Positions 41,900-56,706 are shown, counted from the stretch's first letter. The stretch: DNA of 64,000 nt from Kofleriaceae bacterium (GCA_046597055.1 JBKJLC010000084.1:1-64000), one strand, 5' to 3'. Made by a program: numbers and translations. The notes: generated from the sequence alone by a model not told the origin.

Positions 41900-42496
41900 T
41901 CACGGCGCGTCGAGCGCCGCGCGCACCTCGTCGGGCGTCGCGCCGGCCCAGCGGGTGACCTGGTTGGCCACGGTCGCGAGCGTGCGCGGATCCATCCGGT
42001 CGCAGCACAGGATGCCGTGCAGGTGATCGACCTCGTGCTGCAGGATGCGCGCGTACCAGCCGGTCGCGTCGATCGCGACCGGGCGGCCGTCGCCGTCGAG
42101 CGCCTCGACGTGGACCTGGCGCGCGCGCGGCACCGCCATGACGAACCCGGCGAGGCTGAGGCAGCCCTCGAACGCGTCGATCGTCTCGGTGCCGACCACG
42201 GTCAGCCGCGGGTTGACCAGCACGTGGAACGGCACGATCGCGCGCTGGCGAGCGGCCAGCTGCGCCGCCGACAGGTTGGCCTGGCGCTCCTCGACGTCCT
42301 CGATGACGACCAGCGCGAGCCCCTCGCCGACCTGCGGCGCGGCCAGCCCGACCCCGGGCGCGGCGCGCATGGTGTCGCGCATGCGCTCGATCAGCGTGCG
42401 CGTGGCGTCGGTGGCGAGCTCGGTCAGGTCGAGCGCGCGCGCGCGGCGGCGCAGCACCGGCGCGCCGGCCTGGACGATCTCGAGGAGGGATCCCAT
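41900..42496 (-). CDS. def: peptide deformylase
   Basis: GVGLAAPQ, EGCLS, QHEVDHL. Confidence 0.95.
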   Translation of the reverse strand: MGSLLEIVQAGAPVLRRRARALDLTELATDATRTLIERMRDTMRAAPGVGLAAPQVGEGLALVVIEDVEERQANLSAAQLAARQRAIVPFHVLVNPRLTVVGTETIDAFEGCLSLAGFVMAVPRARQVHVEALDGDGRPVAIDATGWYARILQHEVDHLHGILCCDRMDPRTLATVANQVTRWAGATPDEVRAALDAP

Positions 42497-42505
42497 GCCG
42501 GCAGC

Positions 42506-44017
42506 TTACAGCCCGTACAGCGCGCCGTACTTGCCGCGCAGGTAGTCGAGGTAGGGCGCGGCCGACAGCGGCCGGCCGGTCGCCGCCAGCACCAGCTCGT
42601 CGGCCGAGCGGGCGCGGCCGTGGACGTGGATGTTCCGGGCCAGCCAGGTGCGCAGCGTGTCGAAGCGTCCCGCCTCGATCTCCTGCGGGATCTCCGGGTG
42701 GGCCGCCAGCGCGGCCTGGTAGAACTGCGCGCTCATCAGGTTGCCGAGCGCGTACGACTGGAACGCGCCGCCGACGAAGCCGTCGTACCAGTGCACGTCT
42801 TGCAGGCAGCCGTCGGCGTCGGTGGTCGGGGCGACCCCGAGGTCGGTGCGGGCGCGCTCGCGCCAGGCCTCGGGTAGGTCGGCGACCGCGAGCCGGCCCT
42901 CGAGCAGCTCGACCTCGAAGTCGAACCGCATGATCACGTGCAGACAGTAGGTGACCTCGTCGGCCGCGGTCCGGACCAGCGAGCGCTCGACCCGGTTGAT
43001 CGCGCGGTAGAACGCGTCGAGCGAGACCCCGCCCAGCTGGGCCGGGAACGTGGCCCGGAGCTGCGGGTACTGCCCGGTCCAGAACGCCAGGCTGCGCCCG
43101 ACCAGGTTCTCCCACAGCCGCGACTGGCTCTCGTGCACGCCGGCCGAGGTGCCGTCGGCCAGGGGGGTCGCCTCGAACGCGCGGTCGATGTGCTGCTCGT
43201 AGAGGGCGTGCCCGGCCTCGTGGAGCGTGGAGAACAGCGCCTCGGACAGGTCGTCGATGCGGACCCGGGTCGTGATCCGGACGTCCCCGAGCGAGAACTT
43301 GGTCATGAACGGGTGGTGGGTCTTGTCCTGGCGGCCCCGGGTCAGGTCGTAGCCGAACTTCGCGGCCATGGCGGCGCCGAACGCGAGCTGGTCGGGCTCG
43401 GGGAACGTCTGGTGCAGGCACGCGTCCTCGGCGGGCGCGGCCCGGGTGATCGCGTCGACCAGCGGGACCAGCTCGGCGCGCAGCGCGGCGAACAGCGTCC
43501 GCACGCTCGACGTGCGTACGTCGGGATCGGCGAGATCGATCAGCGGATCGGCGACGTGCTCGAACGGCGCGAAGAAGCCGGCGTACTCGCGGCTCATCTC
43601 CACCGTCCTGGCGAGCAGCGTCGCGACCGCGGCGAAGTCGTTGGCGGGCCGGGCCCGGGTCCAGCGCTCGTACAGCTCGGCTCGGTGGTTGGCGAACGCG
43701 CTGACAAAGGCGGCCGGCACCTTGGTCGCGCGGTCGACGTCGCGCCGGGCCACCCGCACCAGCCGGGCCGCGAACGAGTCGTCGCCGGCGCGCTCGGCGG
43801 TCGGGGTCAGCCGATCCAGCAGGCGCGCGAGGCCCGGGTCGGTCAAGCGGTCGTGGGCGAGCCGCTCGAGCGTCGCGAGCTGCCGGCCCCGGGCGGCGTT
43901 GCCGCCCTCGGGCATGTACGTCGCCTGGTCCCAGCGCAGCACCGCGGCGGCGGCCTGTAAGTCGTTGTGCTCTGCCAGCCGGGCCCGGAGGTCATCGAAG
44001 TCGGGATCCATCGCCAC
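42506..44017 (-). CDS. carboxypeptidase M32 (Taq type)
   Basis: WDQATYMP, HPF, DVRITT, HEAGHALYEQ, HESQS, GCLQDVHW. Confidence 0.95.
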   Translation of the reverse strand: MAMDPDFDDLRARLAEHNDLQAAAAVLRWDQATYMPEGGNAARGRQLATLERLAHDRLTDPGLARLLDRLTPTAERAGDDSFAARLVRVARRDVDRATKVPAAFVSAFANHRAELYERWTRARPANDFAAVATLLARTVEMSREYAGFFAPFEHVADPLIDLADPDVRTSSVRTLFAALRAELVPLVDAITRAAPAEDACLHQTFPEPDQLAFGAAMAAKFGYDLTRGRQDKTHHPFMTKFSLGDVRITTRVRIDDLSEALFSTLHEAGHALYEQHIDRAFEATPLADGTSAGVHESQSRLWENLVGRSLAFWTGQYPQLRATFPAQLGGVSLDAFYRAINRVERSLVRTAADEVTYCLHVIMRFDFEVELLEGRLAVADLPEAWRERARTDLGVAPTTDADGCLQDVHWYDGFVGGAFQSYALGNLMSAQFYQAALAAHPEIPQEIEAGRFDTLRTWLARNIHVHGRARSADELVLAATGRPLSAAPYLDYLRGKYGALYGL

Positions 44018-44064
44018 GCAGCTTGCCCTGCCCGGCGCCGGCTGTCCTCGGTTACCATCGGACG

Positions 44065-44859
44065 ATGCTGGGCGAGGCTGCCGTTGCGAGTGAGCTGCAG
44101 ATCCGCGGGCTGATTGCCGCCCGCGATGCCTTCATCGTCTACCAGCCGATCGTCGAGCTGACGTCGCGCACCATCTTCGCCTACGAGGCGCTCGCGCGGA
44201 CCCGGTCGAAGGACTTCGACGGCCCGCTCAGCCTGTTCGCGGCCTCGGTCGCGCACGGGTGCACGGGCGAGCTGGGCCGGATGCTGCGCGAGATGTCGGT
44301 CGAAGGCTGCCCGGATGTCCCGCTGTTCGTGAACATCCACCCGGCCGAGCTCAACGAGGGCTACCTGGTCCAGCCCAACGATCCGATCTTCCACCACTCG
44401 AGCGACGTCCATCTCGAGATCACCGAGAGCGTGCCGCTGTCGCATTTCGCGCTGTGCCAGACGATCCTGCACGAGGTGCGCGGGCGCGGCGTGTCGCTGG
44501 TGGTCGACGACCTCGGCGCCGGCTACTCCAACCTCAAGTACATCGCCGATCTGCACCCGCAGTTCGTGAAGCTCGATCGCGGGCTGATCATGGGGCTGGT
44601 CAAGGACTCGCGGGTGTTCATGCTGGTTGCCGGGATCGTGGAGATGTGCCGGAAGCTGGGGGCCCGGGTGGTGGCCGAGGGCATCGAGACCGTCGAGGAG
44701 CTCGAGTCGATCGTCGCGGCCGGTGCCCACTTCGGCCAGGGCTACTTGCTGGCGCGGCCGGCGTTTCCGCCGCCGCCGATCACGTGGCCCGGCGATCCGT
44801 CGGTGGCCCCGGTCCCCAAGCTCCGGCCCACCCTGAACCGGTCCCGGCTGCCCCGGTGA
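44065..44859 (+). CDS. standalone EAL domain c-di-GMP phosphodiesterase
   Basis: YQPIV, YEALAR, LEITE, DDLGAGYSNL, VKLDR, AEGIET, QGY. Confidence 0.9.
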   Translation: MLGEAAVASELQIRGLIAARDAFIVYQPIVELTSRTIFAYEALARTRSKDFDGPLSLFAASVAHGCTGELGRMLREMSVEGCPDVPLFVNIHPAELNEGYLVQPNDPIFHHSSDVHLEITESVPLSHFALCQTILHEVRGRGVSLVVDDLGAGYSNLKYIADLHPQFVKLDRGLIMGLVKDSRVFMLVAGIVEMCRKLGARVVAEGIETVEELESIVAAGAHFGQGYLLARPAFPPPPITWPGDPSVAPVPKLRPTLNRSRLPR

Positions 44860-45002
44860 CCTGAACGGCCGACCCGCCGATCGGCCGGTGAGCGAGGCTC
44901 CCGATCGGCGGACCGCCGGTGCGACAGAAAGACGGCCCGGGGCGCTTGCGCGCGCGGGGCCGCCGGTTGACACCAGATGTTCATCTCACCAAGGGAGACA
45001 CC

Positions 45003-46454
45003 GTGGACCGCAAGGCTCGCTCCGACGCCCCCTCACTGCGCTCGTTCCTCGAGCTCACCTACGACGAGCTCGAGGAGAAGAACCTCGAGGCCAAGCTGCA
45101 GCGCCTCGACCGAGTCAAGATCGACAAGGTGCGTGAGGCGCGCAGCAAGTACTTGACCGACGAGAAGCGGATCAAGGCGGTCACCGTGTGCTTCACCGAC
45201 CTCGAGGGTCGGCTGCACATGCTCGACTATGACAAGAAGTTCCTGCTCGGCAGCGCCGACAACCTGACGTTCGACGGCAGCTCGATCCGCGGCTTCTCGG
45301 CCCAGCAGGAGTCGGACCTCCGCCTCGGCATCGACTGGGGCGCGTTCTACTGGCTGCCATCCGACGTGTTCGGGCCCGGCAAGGTGCTGGTGTTCGGCGA
45401 GGTGCTCGAGCGCGACGGCACCCCGTACGCCGGCGACCTGCGCGGCCGGCTCAAGGCCTACGCCCAGCAGATCTTCGACAAGGACGGCACCGTCTGCAAC
45501 GCCGCCCACGAGATCGAGGGCTTCCTGTTCCGCGGCCGCGACGCCGAGCGCCGCTTCCACGAGACCCGGCAGTTCGACTTCATCTCGACCGGCGGCTACT
45601 ACCACGCGCTGCCCGGCGACGCGCTCCGCCAGTTCATCGACCGCTCGGCCGAGGCCCAGCGCGCGATGGGCTTCGAGAACGAGAAGGACCACCCCGAGGT
45701 GGCGCCGTCGCAGTTCGAGATGAACTTCAAGTACGCCGACGCGGTGGTCGCCGCCGACCAGGTCCAGCTCTACAAGCTGCTGGCGCGCCAGGTCGCCAGC
45801 CAGCTCGACATGACCGCGTCGTTCCTGCCCAAGCCGGTCGCCGGCGTCAACGGCAACGGCATGCACACCAACCTGTCGCTGGCGCGGAAGGGGAACAACC
45901 TCTTCCACGACGCCGCGGGCAAGGAAGGCCTGTCGCAGCCGGGCTGGGACATCATCGCGCGCATCCTGACCTCGGCGCCCGACATCTGTCTGGCGCTGAA
46001 CTCGTCGGTCAACGCGTATCGCCGCCTCGATCCGCACTTCGAGGCGCCCAACCAGATCAAGGCGTCGGCGATCGACCGCGGCGCGATGGTCCGGATCCCG
46101 CTGGGCAACAAGAACTCGGCGCGCATCGAGGTCCGCAGCGTGGCGCCTGACGCCAACCCGTACATGTCGGTCTACTCGATCCTGCGCACCGGCCTCGAGG
46201 GGCCGCTCGACAAGGACGTCAGCGACCCCGCGCGCACCCGCTACCTGCCCGACAACATCGACGACGCGATCCGGCTGTTCCGCAGCAGCAAGCTGTGCAC
46301 CGAGCTGTTCGGCGAGGTGGTGCAGACCCGGTTCGCCGACCTCAAGGCGGCCTCGGCCGACCGGTGCCCGCGCGCGCTGGGCTCGACGGTGAAGACCAAC
46401 GAGGTCCAGTTCCACCACGAGATCACGAACCAGTACCTCTGGAACCAGTTCTGA
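45003..46454 (+). CDS. glnA: glutamine synthetase (GSI-like)
   Basis: FTDLEG, FDGSSIRGF, HPEVAPSQFE, FLPKP..NGNGMH, NAYRRL, RIEVR..PDANPY; GTG start after AAGGGAG. Confidence 0.9.
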   Translation: MDRKARSDAPSLRSFLELTYDELEEKNLEAKLQRLDRVKIDKVREARSKYLTDEKRIKAVTVCFTDLEGRLHMLDYDKKFLLGSADNLTFDGSSIRGFSAQQESDLRLGIDWGAFYWLPSDVFGPGKVLVFGEVLERDGTPYAGDLRGRLKAYAQQIFDKDGTVCNAAHEIEGFLFRGRDAERRFHETRQFDFISTGGYYHALPGDALRQFIDRSAEAQRAMGFENEKDHPEVAPSQFEMNFKYADAVVAADQVQLYKLLARQVASQLDMTASFLPKPVAGVNGNGMHTNLSLARKGNNLFHDAAGKEGLSQPGWDIIARILTSAPDICLALNSSVNAYRRLDPHFEAPNQIKASAIDRGAMVRIPLGNKNSARIEVRSVAPDANPYMSVYSILRTGLEGPLDKDVSDPARTRYLPDNIDDAIRLFRSSKLCTELFGEVVQTRFADLKAASADRCPRALGSTVKTNEVQFHHEITNQYLWNQF

Positions 46455-46586
46455 TCCGGCGCGCGGTCGGAGCCCGGCCGCCGCCGCGCTGACGAGCGCC
46501 GGTCGCGACCACCCGCGCGCGCTGCGGCCGCCGTAGGCAGGGCCATCTTGCGCCGCGCGGCAGCCGCAAGCTATCAACGCGGCTCC

Positions 46587-48062
46587 ATGTCTCTCGCCGT
46601 CAGGGTCGCGCGCGGCGCGGTCTGGACCATCCTGTCCGCCGTCGGCGGCCGTGCGCTCGGCGTGATCGGCACGCTGATCATCACGCGCTTTCTCGCACCG
46701 TCCATCATCGGTGAGGTCGGCTCGGCGATGATCATCGTGCTGACGGTCAACTGGCTGACCAACTTCGGCTTCGGTCAGTACGTGATCGTCCGCGGCCGCA
46801 CCGAGCCGGGCCCCGAGGTCGTCTGGCACGCCAACGTCGCCAGCATCGGGCTCGCCTGGATCGGGCTCACCCTTGTCGCGCTGTTCGCCGATCCAGTCGC
46901 GTGGCTGGTCGACTCGGACAAAGTGGGCCAGTACATCCCGCTGCTCGCGCTCACCCTCGGCATCCGCCGGGTCGCGGCGATCCCCGAGAAGCTGCTCGTC
47001 CGCTCGATGCACTTCCGCGCGATCAGCCTCGCCCACGGGTTCGGCGAGGTGGCCTATGCCGGCGTGACGGTCGCCTTCGCCGCCGGCGGCTTCGGCGGCA
47101 TGTCGGTCGTCTACGGCAACCTTGCCCAGTACTCGCTCGTCACGGTCATCATCCTCGCCGCCACCGGCCGCGGCTGGCTCGTCCGGACGCCGCTGCGGAT
47201 GGCGCGCTTCCGCGACATGTTCCGCTTCGGCTGGCCTCTGGCGATGGAGGCGATCGCCGGCAACGCCTCGCGCTACTGGGGCAGCCTCGCCGTGCGCCGC
47301 CTGTTCGACGCCCACGTCACCGGCCTGTTCAACCTCGCCTACAGCCTCGCCGACATCCCGGCCATCTACGTCGGCGAGCAGATCGGCATGGTGCTCCTGC
47401 CGTCCTTGGCCCAGCTCGAGCCCGAGCGGCGACCGCGCGCGCTCGAGCGCTCGACCGCGCTCCTGTCGCTGATCATCTTCCCGATGGCAGTCGGGCTCGG
47501 CGTCGTGTCCGAGCCGCTGATCGCGCTGGTGATGTCGGACGAGTGGCAGGGCGTCGCGCCCCTGCTCACCATCCTCGTCGTGCTCTCGGTGTTCCGGCCG
47601 GTCGCGTGGGTCGTGTCGTCCTACCTGCTGACACAGGAGCGCAACCGGCCCCTCATGTTCCTCGAGCTCGGCAAGGCGGCAGTCCTGCTCGGCGCCATGG
47701 TCGCGCTGTCACCGCTCGGGATCGAGTGGACGGCGGTCGCGGTCGGGATCGCGTTCGGCCTGCACGCGATGGCCAGCGTGTGGCTGGTGCTGCGCGACGG
47801 GCCGCACTCGCTGGTGTTGCTCGGCGGCTTCCTGCGGCCGCTCGTCGCCTGCGCGGCAATGGCCGGCGCGGTGCTCGGAGCGCGCGCGCTCCTGGCCAGG
47901 CTCTTCGAGTTGCACGCCGGGATCCATCTGGCGATCGAGATCGTGGTCGGCGGCGGCATCTATATCGCGGTCGCGCTCGTCGTGTGCCGCGAGACGGCGC
48001 GCGACCTGTTCGGGCTGATGAGGGACGTCATGCGCGGGGCGTCGCCAGCCTCGCCGCGTTGA
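46587..48062 (+). CDS. oligosaccharide flippase (Wzx/PST family)
   Basis: VARGAVW start, many TM helices, FRFGWP, FNLAYSL. Confidence 0.85.
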   Translation: MSLAVRVARGAVWTILSAVGGRALGVIGTLIITRFLAPSIIGEVGSAMIIVLTVNWLTNFGFGQYVIVRGRTEPGPEVVWHANVASIGLAWIGLTLVALFADPVAWLVDSDKVGQYIPLLALTLGIRRVAAIPEKLLVRSMHFRAISLAHGFGEVAYAGVTVAFAAGGFGGMSVVYGNLAQYSLVTVIILAATGRGWLVRTPLRMARFRDMFRFGWPLAMEAIAGNASRYWGSLAVRRLFDAHVTGLFNLAYSLADIPAIYVGEQIGMVLLPSLAQLEPERRPRALERSTALLSLIIFPMAVGLGVVSEPLIALVMSDEWQGVAPLLTILVVLSVFRPVAWVVSSYLLTQERNRPLMFLELGKAAVLLGAMVALSPLGIEWTAVAVGIAFGLHAMASVWLVLRDGPHSLVLLGGFLRPLVACAAMAGAVLGARALLARLFELHAGIHLAIEIVVGGGIYIAVALVVCRETARDLFGLMRDVMRGASPASPR

Positions 48063-48105
48063 CGGGCGACGCTGGGTCTGGTTTGATACCTCGGGGGGGT
48101 TACCG

Positions 48106-49146
48106 TTGCCCACAGTTCAATCCAGCCGGCCCCTGCGGGTCGGTATCGTCGGGTGCGGCGCGATCGCGCGCGAGGCGCACCTTCCGGTGCTCGCCGAAGC
48201 CTGCGGGCTCGAGGTCACCGTGCTCTGCGACCGCGACCGCGGCAACGCCACGCTGGCCGCGCGTGAGAGCGGCGTCGACGCCGCGATCACCACGGAGGTC
48301 GCCGAGCTCGCCGGCAAGGTCGACGCCGCCATCGTGGCCGTCCCGCCGCGATTTCACGCGCCCATCGCGATCCAGCTCATGGAGATGGGGATCGATGTCC
48401 TGTGCGAGAAACCTCTCGCGATCACGGTCGCCGACGGCCGGAAGATGGACGAGACCGCTCGCCGGACCGGGCGGGTGCTCGCGGTCGCGCTCATGATGCG
48501 GTTCTTCCCGCACAACCGGTGGCTCGCGGATCTGGTGGAAGACGGCGAGGTCGGCGACGTGCGCGAGGTCATCGTCGAGGACGGCGCGCCGCTCGACTGG
48601 CCGATGATGAGCAACGGCTACTTCGACCGTAACGCGACCGGTGGCGGCGTCCTCTTCGACAGCGGGGTGCATCTCCTCGACCGGGTGCTCTGGCTGTTCG
48701 GCGATCTCGATGAGCTCGCATACGAGGACGATTCATTCGGCGGCTTCGAGAGCAACGCGAGGCTTTCGGGCGTCCTTCGCATCGGCGGGCGACCGGTGCC
48801 GACGCGTATGGAGTTCAGCTGGTCGCACCGGCTGCGCCGCAGTATCCGGGTGGTCGGCGAGCGCGGGACGCTCGAGGCCTCGACCTCCGATCCACGGCAC
48901 CTGACCCTCCACCGGACGACGCGCCGCGGTCCGATGGAGATGCAGATCCGCTGCGCCGAGCGGTGGGACGCGCGCAGTCACTACCGGGCGCAACTCGCCG
49001 ACTTCATCGGCGCGATCCGCGAGCGGCGCGCGCCGTTCGTGACCGCCGAATCGGCCCTGCGGTCGCTCGCGGTCATCGAGGCCGCGTACGCGCGGCGAAC
49101 GACGATGGCGCAGCCCTGGCTGGGATCGATGGGGGGGTCGGCGTGA
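48106..49146 (+). CDS. Gfo/Idh/MocA oxidoreductase
   Basis: GIVGCGAIA, CEKP, GGGVLFDSGVH. Confidence 0.9.
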   Translation: MPTVQSSRPLRVGIVGCGAIAREAHLPVLAEACGLEVTVLCDRDRGNATLAARESGVDAAITTEVAELAGKVDAAIVAVPPRFHAPIAIQLMEMGIDVLCEKPLAITVADGRKMDETARRTGRVLAVALMMRFFPHNRWLADLVEDGEVGDVREVIVEDGAPLDWPMMSNGYFDRNATGGGVLFDSGVHLLDRVLWLFGDLDELAYEDDSFGGFESNARLSGVLRIGGRPVPTRMEFSWSHRLRRSIRVVGERGTLEASTSDPRHLTLHRTTRRGPMEMQIRCAERWDARSHYRAQLADFIGAIRERRAPFVTAESALRSLAVIEAAYARRTTMAQPWLGSMGGSA

Positions 49147-50291
49147 AGCCCGCCCGGATCCTGGTCACCGGCGCCACCGGGTTCATCGGCTCGCGCCTCT
49201 GCGAGCTCCTGTCACTCGAGTACCGCATCCCCTATCGGGCGCTCGTTCGCAATTTCTCGCGCGCCACGCGGATCGCCCGGTTGGACACCGAGTTGGTGGC
49301 CGGCGACCTGCTCGACGTCCGCAGCCTGGAGCGGGCCGTGGAGGGCTGCGACGCCGTCGTCAACCTGGCCCACGCCGAAGACAAGACCGCCGAGCAGGAG
49401 ACGGCGCACCTGGTCGACGCCTGCGCGCGCGCCCGGGTCCGGCGCCTGGTCCACATGAGCTCGATGGCGGTGCATGGGCCGTCGCCGAAACTGCCAGTGG
49501 TCACCGAGCGCACCGCGTCGATCGAGCGGTGGGGCGAGGGCTACTCCGACGCCAAGGCCGCCGCCGAGGCCGTCGTCACGGCGGCGGGGAAGCGGGGGAC
49601 GCTCGAGACCGTCGTCCTCCGCCCGACGATCGTCTACGGTCCCTACAGTTTCTTCGTCACGCCGATCGTTCAGGACGCGCGGCAGGGGAAGATCAGCCTG
49701 ATCGACGGCGGCCGGGGCCTCTGCAACGCGGTGTACGTCGACGACGTCTGCGATGCGGTCATGGCGGCGCTCGACCGCGACGAGGCGGTCGGCGCCGCCT
49801 TCTTGATCAACGGCGATACCCGCATCACGTGGGGGGACTTCATCACCGCGTTCGCCGGCATGGTCGACGGCGCCAAGACCGTCTACGACCACTCGCTCGA
49901 GGAGATCGCCGCCTACTGGGAAGCGCAGCGTCCCCGCGCGCGCGACAGCGCCACCGCCGCCGTCCGGCTCGCCGTCTCGCCGGCCCTCCACGCCCAGCTC
50001 GCCACCATCCCGCCGGTCGGCAAGCTGATCCGCGCAACCAAGGAGCTGGTCTCCGGTCGGCTCACGGCGGAGCAGAAGATGTCGCTCAAGCTCTTCCTGG
50101 GGGGACGACGCGCGCCGGCTGTCGTCCCGCCGATGCGGATGCCCAACGAGGGCCGGGTCGTGCGCGAGGCGTACCGATCGTGGGTGTCGAACGATCTGGC
50201 CAAGGCCCGGCTCGGCTGGGTGCCGGCCCGTTCGTTCGCGGTAGGCGTCCAGCGCACGGGCGAGTGGATGCGGTTCGCGCGCCTCACGTGA
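49143..50291 (+). CDS. NAD-dependent epimerase/dehydratase
   Basis: TGATGFIG, SSMAV, YSDAK, RPTIVYGP, YVDD; GTGA overlap. Confidence 0.9.
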   Translation: MKPARILVTGATGFIGSRLCELLSLEYRIPYRALVRNFSRATRIARLDTELVAGDLLDVRSLERAVEGCDAVVNLAHAEDKTAEQETAHLVDACARARVRRLVHMSSMAVHGPSPKLPVVTERTASIERWGEGYSDAKAAAEAVVTAAGKRGTLETVVLRPTIVYGPYSFFVTPIVQDARQGKISLIDGGRGLCNAVYVDDVCDAVMAALDRDEAVGAAFLINGDTRITWGDFITAFAGMVDGAKTVYDHSLEEIAAYWEAQRPRARDSATAAVRLAVSPALHAQLATIPPVGKLIRATKELVSGRLTAEQKMSLKLFLGGRRAPAVVPPMRMPNEGRVVREAYRSWVSNDLAKARLGWVPARSFAVGVQRTGEWMRFARLT

Positions 50292-50357
50292 TCGCTCCTG
50301 GACGCGTGCCGATGACCGCATCTCTCTATTTGCGCGTGGCGCTAAGATGATCCGCGG

Positions 50358-54146
<3,789 letters not shown>

Positions 54147-54159
54147 TTCGGCGCCGGCG

Positions 54160-55338
54160 TCAGGGCGCGTCCGGATCGTGGCCGCGGGTCTCCCAGCTGC
54201 TCGAGTCGAGCGTGAACAGGGCGAGCGGCACGAACAGCCCGCTCGTGATCGGCATGACCAGCGCGTGCGGGAGATACGCGAGCGCGCCGACCCGCTCGTG
54301 CGCGGGCCAGGCCCGGACCCGCCAGCGGTAGTACAGGCCGTAGAGCCCGAGGAAGCCCAGGTGGACCAGCACCACCTGGACCAGCCGGTCGGCGGCCAGC
54401 GCCCGGAACAAGCCGATCGGGTAGAGGACCAGCACCAAGGCCGCCGCGAAGTAGCTGATCGCGACCAGCGGGGTCAGCTTCCACACGTGGCTGCAGCCCG
54501 CGACGTAGTCGACGATGACCGCCCGCCGCCAGCGCAGCTGCTGCGAGAAGTAGGCGGACAGGGTCGCCGGCACCAACGTCCGGCACCGCGCGTCCAGGGT
54601 GGTCGTGGTGTGGTAGCCGGCCTTCACGATCTGCCGGGTCAGGTAGCGATCCTCGCCGTACTTGATCGGGACGCCGAGGATCGCGCGGTCGTCGAGGACC
54701 GGCAACAGCTCGACCAGGACCGAGCGCCGGTACGCGGCCAGGCAGCCCGACACCGACATGACGTGGCGGTACGTGCGTTCGACGTTCTTGCTGACGTAGT
54801 ACGCGTACCAGTACTTCATCACCTGCATCCGCGTCAGCCAGTTGTCGTGCTTGTTGCGGACGTCGACCCAGCCGCCGACCGCGGCCACGGTCGGTCCGGT
54901 GAAGCGGCGCACCAGCTGCCGGATCGCCTCGGGGTCGACGATCACGTCGGAGTCGATCGACACGATGATCTCGCTGTCCGACAACCGGACGACCTGGTTG
55001 ATCGAGGCCCGCTTGCCGACGTTGTGGGGATTGCGCAGCACGGTCAGGCGGTCGTCGTGGCGCGCGACCGCGCAGGCGTGCTGGTGGCTGTCGTCGGCCG
55101 AGCGATCGTCGACGCACACCACGCGCAGCCGGTCGCGCGGGTAGCTCGAGGCCAGCACGCTGCGCAGGGTGTCCGCGATCGCGGCGCCCTCGTTGAACAA
55201 CGGGACCACCACGGTCACGGTCGGCAGGTAGTCGTCGACGGTGGCCTCGACCGGCGGGCGCGCGGTCCGCATCACGGTCCCCAGGTACCGGTTCACGAGC
55301 TGCACCAGGGCCAGCAGCTGGATCAGGACGCGCAGCAC
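54160..55338 (-). CDS. GT2 processive glycosyltransferase (hyaluronan synthase/NodC-like)
   Basis: DDRSAD, GKR, IDSD, SGCLAAYR, GEDRYLT, QQLRW; C-terminal TMs. Confidence 0.88.
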   Translation of the reverse strand: MLRVLIQLLALVQLVNRYLGTVMRTARPPVEATVDDYLPTVTVVVPLFNEGAAIADTLRSVLASSYPRDRLRVVCVDDRSADDSHQHACAVARHDDRLTVLRNPHNVGKRASINQVVRLSDSEIIVSIDSDVIVDPEAIRQLVRRFTGPTVAAVGGWVDVRNKHDNWLTRMQVMKYWYAYYVSKNVERTYRHVMSVSGCLAAYRRSVLVELLPVLDDRAILGVPIKYGEDRYLTRQIVKAGYHTTTTLDARCRTLVPATLSAYFSQQLRWRRAVIVDYVAGCSHVWKLTPLVAISYFAAALVLVLYPIGLFRALAADRLVQVVLVHLGFLGLYGLYYRWRVRAWPAHERVGALAYLPHALVMPITSGLFVPLALFTLDSSSWETRGHDPDAP

Positions 55339-55508
55339 GGGGTGGCCAGGGACCTCGCGTCGAACGATAGGGGCCGGGTCGACGCGCGGTCAAGGCGCTT
55401 GCCCGCCACGGAGGCGGGTTGCCGGTCGACGTGACCAGGGCCGCGATCACCGGCAACCTCGCGCGGCGCCGCCGGCGGGCTTGCTCGCGCCGCGACGCCG
55501 GGCGCACG

Positions 55509-56657
55509 ATGGCGCGGGTGAGCGGATCGGGCGCGACGACCTCGAGGACCGGCCGGGTGCTGCTGGTCGAGGAGGGCTGGCACTCGACGATGTACCTGGC
55601 GCGCGCGCTCGAGGACGCCGGGCATGCGGTCACCGTGCTGACCGCCAACGGCAGCACCGCCTCGTGCCGGCGCCGTTCGGTGCGCTGGATCTCGGGGCCG
55701 CCGCTCGCGAGCCCGGGGTTCCCGGCGCACCTCGCGGGCGTCATGGCCGGCGCGCGGTTCGCGCACGTGCTGCCGCTGACCGAGCCGGCGATGGCGCGGC
55801 TGTGGGACGCGCCCGGGCCGTGGAGCGACCGGCTGCATCCGGTCACCGCGGCCTGGCAGCGGCACCTGCTGCGGGACAAGCACGCGCTGGTCGAGCACAT
55901 GGCCGCGCGCGGGATCGACGTGCCCGCCCACCGCCGGCTCGACGCCCAGCCCGACCTCGGCGCGGCGGTGCGGGCACTCGGTCTGCCGCTGGTGATCAAG
56001 GGCGACCGCGGCTCGGCGGGGCGGATGGTGCGGATCGTCGACACCATGGCGGCGCTGGAGCTGGCGGTGCGGCGCGCGCGTACGCTCGGCGGCGCGTGGA
56101 TCCTGCAGGAGCTGATCGCGGGTCCGACCTACCTGTTCGGTGGGCTGTTCCACGACGGGCGGCCGCTGCGGATCTACGCGGCGCGCAAGGTCGAGCAGCA
56201 ACCGCCGCGGACCGGCGGCGCCAGCCGCCTCCGCTCCACCGACGATCCGGGCCTGATCGACGTCGGGCTGCGCACGCTGCGCGAGCTGCGCTGGACCGGC
56301 TTCGCCAGCGCCGATCTCATGCGCCGGCCCGACGGCCGCCACGTGCTGCTCGAGGTCAACCCGCGGTTGTGGGGCTCGCTCGCCGGCGCGGCCTCGGCCG
56401 GGGTCGACCTGTTCACGCCCTTCGCCGCGGTGCTCGCCGGCCAGGTGCCGCCGGCCCAGCTCGGGTTCGCCGCCGACGACGACTGCCTGATCTTCCCGCG
56501 CTACCTCGGCGCCGCCAGCCATCGCAACCTGGCCGGGGCCCGGCGGGCGCTCGGCCACCTGCGCGGCGATCAGGGCCGCGACTGGCGCGATCCGGTGTTC
56601 GTGGTGCACATCCTGCGGCGGCTGTTCCACCTGCGGCAGCAGTCCCAGCGGTTCTGA
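55509..56657 (+). CDS. ATP-grasp domain protein
   Basis: DK, LPLVIK, LQELIAG, LLEVNPRLWGS..GVD. Confidence 0.82.
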   Translation: MARVSGSGATTSRTGRVLLVEEGWHSTMYLARALEDAGHAVTVLTANGSTASCRRRSVRWISGPPLASPGFPAHLAGVMAGARFAHVLPLTEPAMARLWDAPGPWSDRLHPVTAAWQRHLLRDKHALVEHMAARGIDVPAHRRLDAQPDLGAAVRALGLPLVIKGDRGSAGRMVRIVDTMAALELAVRRARTLGGAWILQELIAGPTYLFGGLFHDGRPLRIYAARKVEQQPPRTGGASRLRSTDDPGLIDVGLRTLRELRWTGFASADLMRRPDGRHVLLEVNPRLWGSLAGAASAGVDLFTPFAAVLAGQVPPAQLGFAADDDCLIFPRYLGAASHRNLAGARRALGHLRGDQGRDWRDPVFVVHILRRLFHLRQQSQRF

Positions 56658-56706
56658 CCCCACGGCGGGTGGCCGCCCGGGCGCGGGTTCCTTGCTATCG
56701 TGGGCC

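Noticed and set aside
44930..44950. sigma54 promoter for glnA
   Set aside because: TTGC is present but GG is not at the required 10-nt spacing.
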